The position numbers were made by a program, and so were the translations under genes. A DNA stretch of 64,000 nt from Zootoca vivipara (lineage: Eukaryota). This document shows, in pieces, positions 37,470-49,011 of the stretch (position 1 is its first letter; every line of letters begins with the position of its first letter). The stretch spans positions 61,876,001 to 61,940,000 of the forward strand of contig NC_083276.1 of NCBI RefSeq assembly GCF_963506605.1. Direction: 5' to 3'. The notes below the pieces were generated by a model. The model had not been told where the DNA came from. It did no database searches and saw nothing but the letters and a program-made list of their open reading frames with translations.

Positions 37470-37968
37470 TATTAATGGCAACAAGATTCTCCAATGTGCA
37501 AATGTGGAGGAAATTGCATAGTTTAAAACTTAGATTTATGTTTCAAAAATATCTTGAGACTAGCTGTAGCGGAAAAAAACATTACACATGATATTAAGGT
37601 ATTGAAAGGCAATGAAGAAAGCACATTTTATGTAGTATGGTGGCAAATTAAATATTAACAAAATTGGGCTTAAGAACAAGCTGCCCACGGCATCACTAAA
37701 AATCTGGATGTTATGATTTGCAGACATAGTAGGCTGCATTCTCTATGAGGCAGAAGCCATTATCTGGATTAAAACGCAATTATCAGCCAGTTTATCAGGT
37801 TTAAAATCCTCTTAGGAAAAGGATTTAAATATTTGTATAGAGGAGGACACAGACTGAAAAGCACTTTGGACTTCTAAGCTGTGCAAATCAGTATCTGCAC
37901 ATGTGAGGGAATGTTCCTTAAAAATTCAACACTGATAGCATTGTATACCCATTTAGCTATCTCATATT

Positions 37969-38205
37969 ACTCATATACTTTGGCCACCTCATGAGAAGAG
38001 AAGACTCCCTGGAAAAGACCCTGATGTTGGGAAAGATTGAGGGCACTAGGAGAAGGGGACGACAGAGGACGATATGGTTGGACAGTGTTCTCAAAGCTAC
38101 TAACATGAGTCTGACCAAACTGTGGGAGGCAGTGGAAGACAGGAGTGCCTGGCGTGCTTGGGTCCATGGGGTCACGAAGAGTCGGACACGACTAAACAAC
38201 AAAAA
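37969..38205 (+). mobile_element. BovB/RTE LINE 3' end
   Basis: MRREDSLEKTLMLGKIEGTRRRGRQRTIWLD and tail ggggtcacgaagagtcggacacgactaaacaac. Confidence 0.92.
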
Positions 38206-38978
38206 CATATTCCTTCCGATGCAGTCCAGAACTGTTGGAGAGGTTGTGGGAATAAAGGGGCTTTTTTCCAATTCATAGTGTGAATGTTCACAGGTTGCTT
38301 TATTCTGGAAATATGGTTGCCAAATTTAGAACATTAGAACAGATGTTATTTCATATGTTTAGGTTTTGTATGCCCTGCTTTTAGCTGGATATGTGGTTGA
38401 ATTTTTGCTATTATTTATCTCGGTGGTTCCACAATGATTTGAAAATAAAGGTAAATCTTTAAGAAAAATATCAGCCAGATGATGTGTTGGGTGTTCCTGT
38501 GAGGAACAAGGAACAGTTATGGATACTATATCCCACCACTGGCAGGGTCATGGGGACTTTTGTATCATTGTTACTCTCTGTATTTCTCTTTTATAGCCAA
38601 TTAAAAACCTTTTTAAAAAGTAGTCACTTGGTTCTTCCTTCCTAGAAGTACTTTCCTGTACCTGCCCTGCTTAGCCAGCAGCAATCAGTCAGAAGTTAGC
38701 TTCAGAAGAGAAGGGTCTTTACTCAGTGGCAGAGTGAGTTGCCTGCAGAAGATCAACAGTTCAACTCCAGGCAGAATCAAGCCTCTTGTCCAAAACCTTG
38801 GAAAGCTGCCTCCAGTCAACACAGGTACCAGTCAACTACCGTAGATGGACCAATGGTCCAAATCTATAAAAGGTAGCCTCCTAGAAAACAGGGGGGACCA
38901 GTTGTTGTCCCATCATTTCTTACCGCTGGTCATGCCAGCTGGGAATGATGGGAGTTGGAGTCAAACACCATTTGGAGG

Positions 38979-39251
38979 TAGGTAGCTGTGTTGCTCTGAC
39001 GTAGTCGAAACAAAATAAAAGAAATTCCTTCCAGCAGCACCTTAGAGACCAACTAAGTTTGTCATTGCTATGAGCTTTCGTGTGCATGCACTCTTCTTCA
39101 GGTGGTTTATTTTATTTATTTTCCTTCCAGTAGCACCTTAGAGGTACAGGTATCTGAAGAAGTGTGCATGCACACGAAAGCTCACACCTATGACAAACTT
39201 AGTTGGTCTCTAAGGTGCTACTGGAAGGAATTTCTTTTATTTTTTGTTTCG
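38979..39251. mobile_element. Penelope-like element insertion: inverted pair of terminal repeats inside an old hAT MITE
   Basis: Inverted repeat of about 100 bp (39003-39101 vs 39154-39253); 12-bp flanking duplication accatttggagg (38967-38978 / 39252-39263). Confidence 0.8.
39148..39189 (+). ncRNA. Candidate minimal type-I hammerhead ribozyme (Penelope-associated)
   Basis: AGGTAT-CTGAAGA-A-GTGTGC(AT)GCACAC-GAAA-GC-TC-ACACCT: conserved core, perfect helix II, palindromic AGCT helix III, helix I 5/6 paired. Confidence 0.6.
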
Positions 39252-39939
39252 ACCATTTGGAGGGTCACAGGTTAGCCACCCTTGCTATGAAAAACCGTAC
39301 CGGAGACATATAAAATCTCTGTAAAAGATGTAGGTTGGCTTGTCCCTTTCCCCCTTCCTGGTCACATTCAATGAGTTGAATGTCTCTACAGATTTCTTTC
39401 TTTCACACTTTACTTGCCTCCACTGTGCAAAGAAAGGCCACGCTAGGCACATCTACACACAGTATTATTGATGCCATTTTAATTGTTGGGCTGTTATTTG
39501 TTTTTATGTGGAGGAGACCTCGAGTACTGCATGTATTCCCAGGTACACTTCAATCGAAACAGAAAAGCTTGCGTAGGACAAACATACCCCATTTCTCACA
39601 TAACGGTATCTGGTTCTTTCACTCTTCAGCATAATAAATCTGAAATAATGGCTTTTATTACCACAGGAGCATTGATGTTCTCAGTAGAAAACCATTGTAA
39701 TTTGAAGCCCTAATACTTTCTTAGGTATTACCGTAGTAGTACAGTACCATACTAATTCTGAACTTGCAAGGATAAACCCTGAAGTGTATTATGTGGAAGC
39801 CAGGAGAAGTATTGAGAGAAAAGTCTCCCAAATAAATATACTATAATGTGCTGGCCACCTTACAAGGATAGTATGAACTTTTAGCTTCATTTGTATCAGT
39901 AACACAATAAGGAAATAGAGAGAGTACTCACACAGCAAG

Positions 39940-42900
39940 AAATATGAAATTTCAATTCTTTATTTTCATGTTCCTAAAAAATGTACAGGGCCCTCAAGCA
40001 GCAATTAAGTACATAAAGACTACATTACACACACAGTATTGTCTGTTTTAATTTTTGCTGGCTATTAAATTATTGCATATGTGCACACACCAATACAATG
40101 TAGTCATTGCACCTGTTCAGTAGTATCTTATATGTTCATTTCTTGATTCTCCAACGAATCTAACTTTACTTTAAAAACTGGCTTTCAACCTGGGCTCAGG
40201 ATCCCATTTGTATTGCAGTGACTAAGAAAAAGAGAGACCAGTTTTAAGTAGACACACACACATCTATCAGGCTTTGTGCCTCTTTCACAGTTTCTACTGA
40301 TCCAAATTTTGGATATGAGATGGGTTTAGCAGCACATCTTTTACACACTGCTTTTGATTCTGAGAAAGACAGAGGCAAAATATATTTTGCCACTATCTGG
40401 CCATTTGCTACACACCAGACTTTAATCCAAAAGGCCTGGAGCCTACTGAATCCATATGCCAGGCTTGATAATAAAACCCCCTAGCAGTGCAACCATATAC
40501 ATGTCTACTTAGAAGCAAGTCCCATCAAATTCAATGGTGATCAACCCCAGGCAAGCGGCAAAAGGATTATAGCCATAAGCACTTTTCAACAACGGCCCAG
40601 GCTACCTTCAAGCTAACCCTTTTTAGAGTAACAAAACACATGTCTATATTCAGTAAAAGTAGATTAAACTATTTTTATTATAGTATTTGTTTGACCCTAT
40701 TCTTTTTACTATAGAAACCTCCAACACAAATCTAGTATTATATATAATTAAAATAAAATACTTCCTGATTGGCCCAACTACTTCTTTTGGTCTCATTATT
40801 TTAAATATTAATTGCTCCATAAAAAATATACAGTCCATCAACATGGTACAGCTGGTTGCCTTCTGCAGCTGGCTACATATTTAAACCGTGCAATTCAGTG
40901 CTCACTTATCTAAAGGCTCACCCACACTTACCTTTTGCCCTGCAGTTTCCAGGCACAGATCCTGCTTATAAAAGCTCTGTGTCCAAATGTTTGTTTGTTT
41001 TACCCCAGAACTTTCCCCACAAAAATGGACTCTTTAGTGCTCAGTTGGAACAAACGCCAGTTTGGGTTTCCTGCAGATTGCTATTTGTGCCAACTGAGCT
41101 TTAAAGAGCCGGCTTTCACAGGGAAAGCTCTGGGGCAAAAAGGAAAAAAGGTGCTCATACATGGAGCTTTAAAGTGCAGGCCGTGCCTGCAGAGAGCAGA
41201 GTAAAGGTACGTATGGATAAGCCCAAAGTGACAAAAAAAGACAAAATAATAATACATGCTTCATGGCTTCAGTCACTAAATCTTCAATTTACTGTAGGCT
41301 TATGCTGTCTAAATGCTCAAATGATTTAAGGTTACTTGAATCAACTTTCCTAGATACGCCCCCCGTCATCCAAACAAATGTAAGATTTACGCTGTCGTTA
41401 GAATAAAAAATCTACTCTCCTGATCATTTATATTGGCACTCTAGTTATATTTGACTGCATGTAGTTCATGCAGAGGAGACATGTTGCAGAACACTTACTC
41501 CTATCCACTTGGATGCATTTACAGCTGAACACTGACATCCAGTGGATAACCAGGCTAATGCTAGATATACCAAGCCAGGAATGTTCAAGTTTCATCAAGG
41601 TAGCCCTTTTTTAGTTCTTTACTAAGGGAGGAAATTGAACCACTGGCTATTTTCATCTCAGGCAGAGCAGGGAATAGTGGCAGCAGATTAGTGAGGAAAG
41701 GGTGGAAGCAGGGCTCCATGCAGCGCTTGTACAACTGAAGCTTTCAAGACAGGGGTTCTAAGAAAAGCAGAATAACTCTCTTTTACATACACCCCTCACA
41801 AAAATGATTTTCCTGCAATGTTGCTAGGCTGAAGATGTCAACATAATGGCTTGAAGCTCAATCAAAGCGATTGAGGGAAGGCAACATACTGAAATTCGGC
41901 AAGAAAAGGTTTGCCATCCTGGGCAAGCTTACTCAGAAATAAATCCCAATAAAATCCATATTCCTGAAGCAACATGGTTCAGTGTAGTTTCCACTGTCCA
42001 TCGATCAAACTACTGTCTCTCTCTGGATAAGCACTGGCAAGATAGTTTCTTGGCTCAAAAAAATTAACTTGAGAATTAGAGACTGGTCCTTTGTGTCATC
42101 TTTCTGAACAGCTGAAAGTGGCGCAAATGCTTCCAGGATTAAACTTTACAGTCTATAAGCAAGTTTAAGTAGTGCTCTGTTTAAATAAAGTTGGAAGATT
42201 TAACCCGGTACAGTAACATGAGCAGCAATGAAAGCATCTATAATGCAGGTCAGTAATGTCTGCAGGAACTCATTCTCCACTGCCACTACAGTTATCACAC
42301 AGGTCTAGCAAGCTGACTGACAATTTTAGTGACCACATCACTACCAACGACAAGATTTTTTTTTAAAAAAACCACATTTGCAAAAGCGAAGAGTCTCTTT
42401 GCTAACTGATCTTCTAAACCCCCAAAAGATGAACTTGTACAGTTGTGGGGCTCAGCTGAAAATTACATGTCTCCAGCTGCTGCAAGTTCTTTGTTTTGGC
42501 TTGGCAGCTTATGCTAAAAGAGGGAGGCAACTTTAAACTTAAACAGAGCTTCAAGGGTTTGCAGTTTTGAGGTAGAGCATCTGGAAGCCATGGCATGAAG
42601 GAACTATATGTTGGTCAGGCATTTTCATCCACAGTAGTCTGAAGGGATAAACAGGAATCTAGTTGCAAAGCACAGCCCACCACAGTATAACTTTGGCAGA
42701 TCACCAGCCAAATGAATCTCTTTATAGAGATTCCCAGACTCTAGAAAAGGATATATTTGCACTCCAGGTGGATATTTTCTAAGCACCCTAAACATACTAG
42801 CTCTTTCTTAGCACAAGCCATCTGCTGAAACTTCAGTTGTGGATTTGCACTTACTTTATAGACAGTTTGGGGAGGGGGAGGGGGAATCCATATGTGATGT

Positions 42901-43915
42901 ACCAAAATGCTATCCACTTTGGGTTAAAAGCATGCCCAGTGGATTTACACAAGCAAGGAATGCCTTTTCTGATAGAGAGTAGTGTCTGCTGCCTGAGTGT
43001 TTTTACAAAAGAATTTGCGGTATCTGTTAGCTTTTCTGTGTCACTATGACAACTGCAAACAGCATACTGAAAGAACTCTGATGCTCTAGTAAGGAAGAGC
43101 ACACCACCCACTAAGGTACCTGATGTGGGTCACATCCATCACTGTTAAGAGAACAAGTAGATGCAGTTGCAGAAGTAACTTACAATAGAAGAAAGTCTGG
43201 AGTACATATACAATCTTTTCTGCACTGCATGCAATTTTACCTTACTGAATATAAATACACAACTACAGTCAGGTATGCTTTCCACTTTCTCCAAGTATTC
43301 AGAAATTAGTACAAAAGTATCTAAATTATAGGAATGATTGCTGGTAGTGATGTCAATCACTGAAACGTTAAAAATAAGAGACTGCCTGTTACCAATTATT
43401 CACAAAAGAGGTAAGAAAGTGTCCAAGATGTCATTAACCATATAAAGTTATGATTGAGAACATGCATAGAAACTTGTTCATCAAAAGCACTAATTGTACT
43501 TGACCACATAATTATGACTACCTGTATGTAGAAGACTAAATTTAGTGTCAAAAAGAGTAAAACTTGTTTTATATCTGTATCCAAAATAAATATTTCCAGT
43601 TTTAAGTAATGCCAAATGGGAAAAAAGTACTAGAAAACAGATGTTACAAATGCTGAAAAAAGCTTATTAAAATGTATATTAAAAACACTTTACAAATTTG
43701 TTCTGATGGTTACAGGTTTGAATGGTAAATAAAGGATCTGTAAAACCACATAGCTACAAATGCCCATGTAAACTTTTCTTCTCAGAAGCATTAAGATGTT
43801 CAAGAGTTATTTGTAAAAGACAAAGCGTTAACAAAATTAACATCCTTTTCTAATTATAAGATGACGTTTCCAGACAAGCGAAGTTCATGCTTTTCCTTAA
43901 GCTATATGTAAAACA
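39940..43915 (-). other. LIN7C: Probable long LIN7C 3'UTR (~4 kb)
   Basis: AT-rich, relatively repeat-poor stretch after the stop, ending at an AATAAA followed by GU/U-rich sequence. Mammalian LIN7C also has a multi-kb 3'UTR. The end point is inferred. Confidence 0.55.
39959..39964 (-). terminator. Candidate distal poly(A) signal AATAAA of LIN7C
   Basis: tttatt on the plus strand. The minus strand downstream reads CTTGCTGTGTGAG...TTATTGTGTT (GU-rich element). A second AATAAA lies at 40674-40679. Confidence 0.55.
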
Positions 43916-44071
43916 TTAATTCTGTTGCCTGCGTTTTGCCGATCTCATTTTCTCAAATCGTGACTCCATCTCTTCAAGGACTTTGGGTGTGTATCGTACA
44001 ACCAGCTTAACTTTTCCTTGAGCCGCTTTTAGCAGTTCCACGGCTTTCTCGTGGTGCTCCCCTTCAACACT
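43916..44071 (-). CDS. LIN7C: LIN7C exon 5 coding part ([51 protein letters not shown])
   Basis: GTTTCAG acceptor, TAA at 43918-43916. The exons sum to 594 nt = 197 aa plus stop, the known LIN7C length. Confidence 0.96.
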
Positions 44072-45005
44072 CTGAAACAAACATTTTAAAAATTAACCAT
44101 TCCGTTAGTAAATATATAAAAAAGCACTCTAATATTCCAACATTGTTATGTATAAGGCTAGCTGAATGACCTCACATAGAAGAGCTAGATTTTATGTTGG
44201 CTGTATCAGAACGTTATCTGTTCCAGATAATTCGTGGCTTTCACAATTAAGTACAGTACATATTTAGGCATTTGGGGGGGGGGAGGAAAAGGGCAGTTGC
44301 TCTAGGTTTCACTTACAACAGTGCTTCTCAAAATGTCGGTCATGATGTGTAAATGGGTCTTGATGTGTTCCTAGGTAGATTGCCAGATTCCCAAGATTTC
44401 CCCACCTTATCAGGGCATAGCCAGATTGCCTGGCAAAGTTAGTTCCCCCAACTGAAGTTACCAGGACAAATGAATGAGTCTATAGAAAGGGAAGGATTTT
44501 TTCAGTGCCATCCACCAGCTGGAAGGCTGTGTGGGGACTGGTCAGCTGAGTGTCAATGACTCCTTTAGTCAGCCACCAAAACAGTTCATTGTGGGAGGAC
44601 GTGAGTTGCTGTGAGCTATTCCAGTGGCTACCTATTAGGAAAATGGAACAAGGAGCTGCTGGCTGTTGCTACATTTTAATCGCAATTAGGAAAAAAGTAA
44701 ATGTGCATGCAAAGTAGTGTTGTACGGGGAGAACTGCTTTACCTCAGGTGTTCTGGGGTAACTTGACAGAGAAAAATCAAGGAATCACAACTAGAGAGGG
44801 ATGAATCAGTCTCTTTCCAGCCTGTGTCGTTTTTACATGGGTTCACTCAATCCAGGCTTATCATGCTGTTCCCTCCAAAAACAGATTATTTTAAAATGCA
44901 TTTTGATACATTTTTTGGCACCTTTGGGAAGTGTGAAAACTGGGAGGTGAAGTCCACTCAGCACAGTGGATTAGGTCCTTTCCTATCCAAATTCACACAC
45001 AAACG

Positions 45006-45007
<2 letters not shown>

Positions 45008-45048
<41 letters not shown>
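45008..45048. repeat. (CA)n microsatellite in LIN7C intron 4
   Basis: Read directly from the sequence. Confidence 0.97.
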
Positions 45049-45053
<5 letters not shown>

Positions 45054-45270
45054 CAAATTTCTGAAGCACAGCCTCATCATTTCAGGATTTTGCCCCTATA
45101 CCTTCGGCCTTCATTATTTATTTTGTATCTTGCCAAGACTGCAAGGAGCTCAAAGTGGTATGCTATCAAATTTTATCCTCACAAATCCTGTGAGGTAGGT
45201 TAAGTCAAAAGATAGCTGACAGGTCTCAAGAGTAGAAAACATTTTTTTTTCATTTAAAGTTGCATAGTAT

Positions 45271-45330
45271 GTAAAATAGTCATTGATGAGAAACTGCATA
45301 TGGGCAGTTTCTCATCAATGACTATTTTAC
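45271..45330. repeat. Perfect inverted repeat: 27-bp arms, 6-nt loop
   Basis: gtaaaatagtcattgatgagaaactgc-atatgg-gcagtttctcatcaatgactattttac. Confidence 0.95.
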
Positions 45331-45667
45331 TAACAGACTATTAGTAATAAACTATTTTACTAACATCTTGCTAATGTCATTTCAACAAACTTGGGATCCA
45401 ATTCTAAAATGTGTATCCACCTGCTTTATTAATTAAAAATGTTTCTTTGTGTAACAGCAGGCTTCTATCAGTGCTAGTGAAGTTAGAATTGCAAATCTAA
45501 AACACACTCCATAATATTTTACTCTCCATTATGATTTGTAAAAGGAAAACATAAACCTGTTTTTTCATACTGCATAATACACACAAGACCAAGCAATCAA
45601 CATCCCCTCAATGCCCTCAAGCGGTCACAGGTAGCTACTACAAGTGGAAGTTAAATTCCATCCCTAC

Positions 45668-45877
45668 CACTCCGTTTACAGAAAGAAGCTGGTCTCCACG
45701 CTTCAATCCCCCGTGTCTATCAGCAATACCACCTGGGATAATTCGGGATATATAGATTGGAGAATTTTGCTCTTTGCCGCCCATGATGTTGAATCCGAGC
45801 CCTTCTTCTGTTTTTGGTAGTTCAACGACTCTGGGATGGGAATGACCCTCACTGGCAGCAAAGGCAGCAACAGTGGC
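45668..45877 (-). CDS. LIN7C: LIN7C exon 4 (PDZ domain; [34 protein letters not shown]...LLSVNGV)
   Basis: TTTTGCAG acceptor, 210 nt, GTAGGG donor; GLGF PDZ motif. Confidence 0.97.
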
Positions 45878-46789
45878 CTGCAAAACATGGAAATCTCATT
45901 TTCTTCCCCATAGGTCACAAGGTTTGGAATCTTACTGATTGTCTTATCTCAAAGGCAAATATTTCAAAGCATCTTGCTAAATACTGCCAATACAAGTGTA
46001 TTGCAAATGTACTTCAGAGTATTTTCAATCTCTGGGCTGCTGTTCCGAAGATGGTTTATACTCCAAACCATGGGAAAACAAAAGGCAAATAAACTAAACA
46101 TATGCACTGTTTTACGTATAACTGCATTTTCCTTGATGATACATGGACAAAGACGAACAACCCGTTCCCCCTTGCGTGTGTTTTGAAAATACACATGAGT
46201 TCCTCATAACAGATGCACTACTATCCATTTTTAACTTGGGCACTGGAATCAAGTAAACAAATGAGAGTCATATTACACAACAAAATGCTTTCTAAGCAGA
46301 GGCAGTATTCCTCACCCTGTCCTGAACCCCCTTCAACATCCTCATAGTAACATGCGCTGACAATCCCAACCCTCCACATTCTTGTAATGTGGGAACACCA
46401 GGCATTTATCCAATGCACTGACTGTGTTCAGCAAGAATGCTATTTTAGCATCCCATGCATTGGGGTAGGAAGGCAGTCAATAAACACGTAAAAAGCTTCC
46501 GCATGAGAGTGCATTAGTGAACATTAACTGCTTCAGTGCATTGACAGAAAAACAACAACTTTAAAATAGGGAACTGCTATAGGAGAACTTTGTCTTTGGT
46601 AAGGAGCCCTTTCATTCTTCCCAGTTAATCTTAAGCCAATTGTTTAAAGTGTTTGTTTCGCGGATATACTCATGGAGCTCAAAAGCACAGCTCACTGCAA
46701 TATTTTCATAGCTTAATGCTTCAGCTTTTATAGATTGGAGCTGCCAGATTAGCTTTAACATATTAACCCTTCCTAAATAGGGCTCTTAC

Positions 46790-46861
46790 CTTGGCTGTGG
46801 CATTAGCTCTCACTTCTGGGCTACTGCTGATGTCCACAGTCTCATACACGTGCTCATATAC
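46790..46861 (-). CDS. LIN7C: LIN7C exon 3 ([24 protein letters not shown])
   Basis: TTTCTAAAG acceptor, 72 nt, GTAAGA donor. Confidence 0.96.
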
Positions 46862-47115
46862 CTTTAGAAAGAAAGAAAAATCAGGTATGTGATTTATTGG
46901 ATAGGGGATGACTAAATCAAACCACATTAATATTATTTCCAAACGAACTGTGTGGATTGACTATGCATGCATTGAGTTGTGAACTAGGAAACTTGGTTTG
47001 TCATTCACTATTACCTTTTTTCTTGTAATCTCACTTCAACAGAAGGCAATTCCCAGTGTAGCTCCCAAATATTAACAAGAAGACACTGGTCTTCACACAC
47101 TCCTCAAAAACATAC

Positions 47116-47234
47116 CTCCCGCACAGCATTGCAGAATTCACTTTGAAGGACCCTTTGCAAAGCCTGTAGTTTTTGTGGGGGCACTTCTCCACTCCTTTGC
47201 AACTTTTCCAGCAACTCAATAGCCCGACAGATGT
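47116..47234 (-). CDS. LIN7C: LIN7C exon 2 (L27 domain; [40 protein letters not shown])
   Basis: TTTTACAG acceptor, 119 nt, GTATGT donor; frame continuous with exon 1. Confidence 0.96.
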
Positions 47235-48678
47235 CTGTAAAAAGAAAGGCAAGGAAAGATAATGAACTACTAAAATCTACTCAGAGGGTAATGATACTGG
47301 GCTAGTGAATCAGAACCATGTGTGATCAGTCTATATACCTCAACTGTGTGGGAGCCACTCATAGAAATGTGGTTCCCACACAGCTAGAGTGACATTCAAA
47401 AGCACTCCTTCCCATTCATCTGGAGCAGGAAAAACCCAGTACAGATCTTGTACCAACTTGCTCTTCAATGTTTGTTCTGTGACTAATGAGCATCAGACCA
47501 ATATACTTGTCAACAAAATCCAAAGGATAGAATCCTGATGATCATCAGCTCTCCTGTTTCAGGCAAAGCTTTTTCCTTGCAATGCACACCTATTAGGGAT
47601 TCTTTATTACAAATATTTCAGTGGCAGACAAACAATCTGGACTCCCTCTACCATTCTTCCTTTGTAATATGTAGATGCAGAATTAAACGCCATCCCAAAG
47701 CAGCAGCGTAAATATTGCTCTAGGTTGTGTTCAATATTCACATGCTTAGCTGACAAAGTCTGATCCATGAACCGTCTATGCTCCAGATTAGAACATACTC
47801 CTGGAGTCACTAACAAACAATGCACATGGTTCCCAAAGCAGACAGCTCTGTGCAAAATGTTCCCTCGGGGAAGAAAATGTGAATATAGTTGCTGTAACAA
47901 GCTTAGGGCCCATCTTCCCTTCTTGAAACTGCTTGAATAGAGGGAAAGACCACAGAGAACATTTTATGCAAACGATTAAGTTAAAAGGTGGCTCAAGGGG
48001 CAGAGGACACTGATAATACCTTTGCAGTTGACTAGAGACCAGAGCCTTTGCAAGAGTACATTTCCATAGGATGATCATTGGAACACTGAGAGTCAGACAT
48101 GGACCATTATGCAATGGGCTGTTGACAGGAAGCTAAGTACAGATGTTATTGCTGCCGGATACACCTGCCATCCCAACACCAAGACTTCATGGAAACACAC
48201 AGCAGTTTAACCTTCTCTCCACTATCAGTTCTAATATCTTCCTTAAATATTTGCTTCCACAACCAAGCACTCAGACAGATAGTATACATTAAGCATTCCA
48301 GCCCTTTCTTAGGTCACTCACAGTTGTAGTTCATGTTACAAAATAACACGATACTTCTCCTAAGTTGCCAATATTACAGAGTACTAACTTCTATCTGTTC
48401 AGTTTAAGTGAATACCTTCATTCAAAAGAGCTACGATGGATTTACATCTTCCAGAACTAGGGATGGGATGGGTGCATGAACAGAAAATTGCTTGAGAAAA
48501 AGTTTTTATACTTCTGTGTAGGGCTGTGCAATAAATAGCCATATTGTTAAATACCGGTACTGAAATAATATTGTGGTAAGTGTTTCAACAAGGCAATACA
48601 CCACCGGTGAACAAAACGTGGAATTTGCAGGCACTGTGTATCCTGCTTTGTTTGCTCTCTCCCTCCTACCTCCTAAAC

Positions 48679-48814
48679 CAGGCATCTCCAAACTGCGGCC
48701 CTCCAGATGTTTTGGCCTACAACTCCCATGATCCCTAGCTAAGAGGACCAGTGGTCAAGGATGATGAGAATTGTGGTCCAAAACATCTGGAGGGCCGAAG
48801 TTTGGGGATGCCTG
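48679..48814. mobile_element. 136-bp palindromic hAT MITE
   Basis: TSD tcctaaac / ccctaaac. Confidence 0.9.
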
Positions 48815-48902
48815 CCCTAAACGATAAGAAATAAAGATAAGCCCCCAACACAAACCAGCTCTGAAGGTATCTTTCCAATTAGAGCTCAGCTAATTATGCA
48901 GA

Positions 48903-49011
48903 AGCTGCGAACATGAGATTGACCAAACTGCGGGAGGCAGTGGAAGACAGGCGTGCCTGGCGTGCTATGGTCCATGGGGTCACGAAGAGTCGGACACGAC
49001 TAAACTACAAA
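48903..49011 (+). mobile_element. BovB/RTE LINE 3' tip (LIN7C intron 1)
   Basis: Same tail; 11-bp TSD aattatgcaga. Confidence 0.9.

Noticed and set aside
37037-37484. Several overlapping ORFs on both strands
   Set aside because: They lie inside a GC-rich palindromic hAT MITE and have no transposase motifs.
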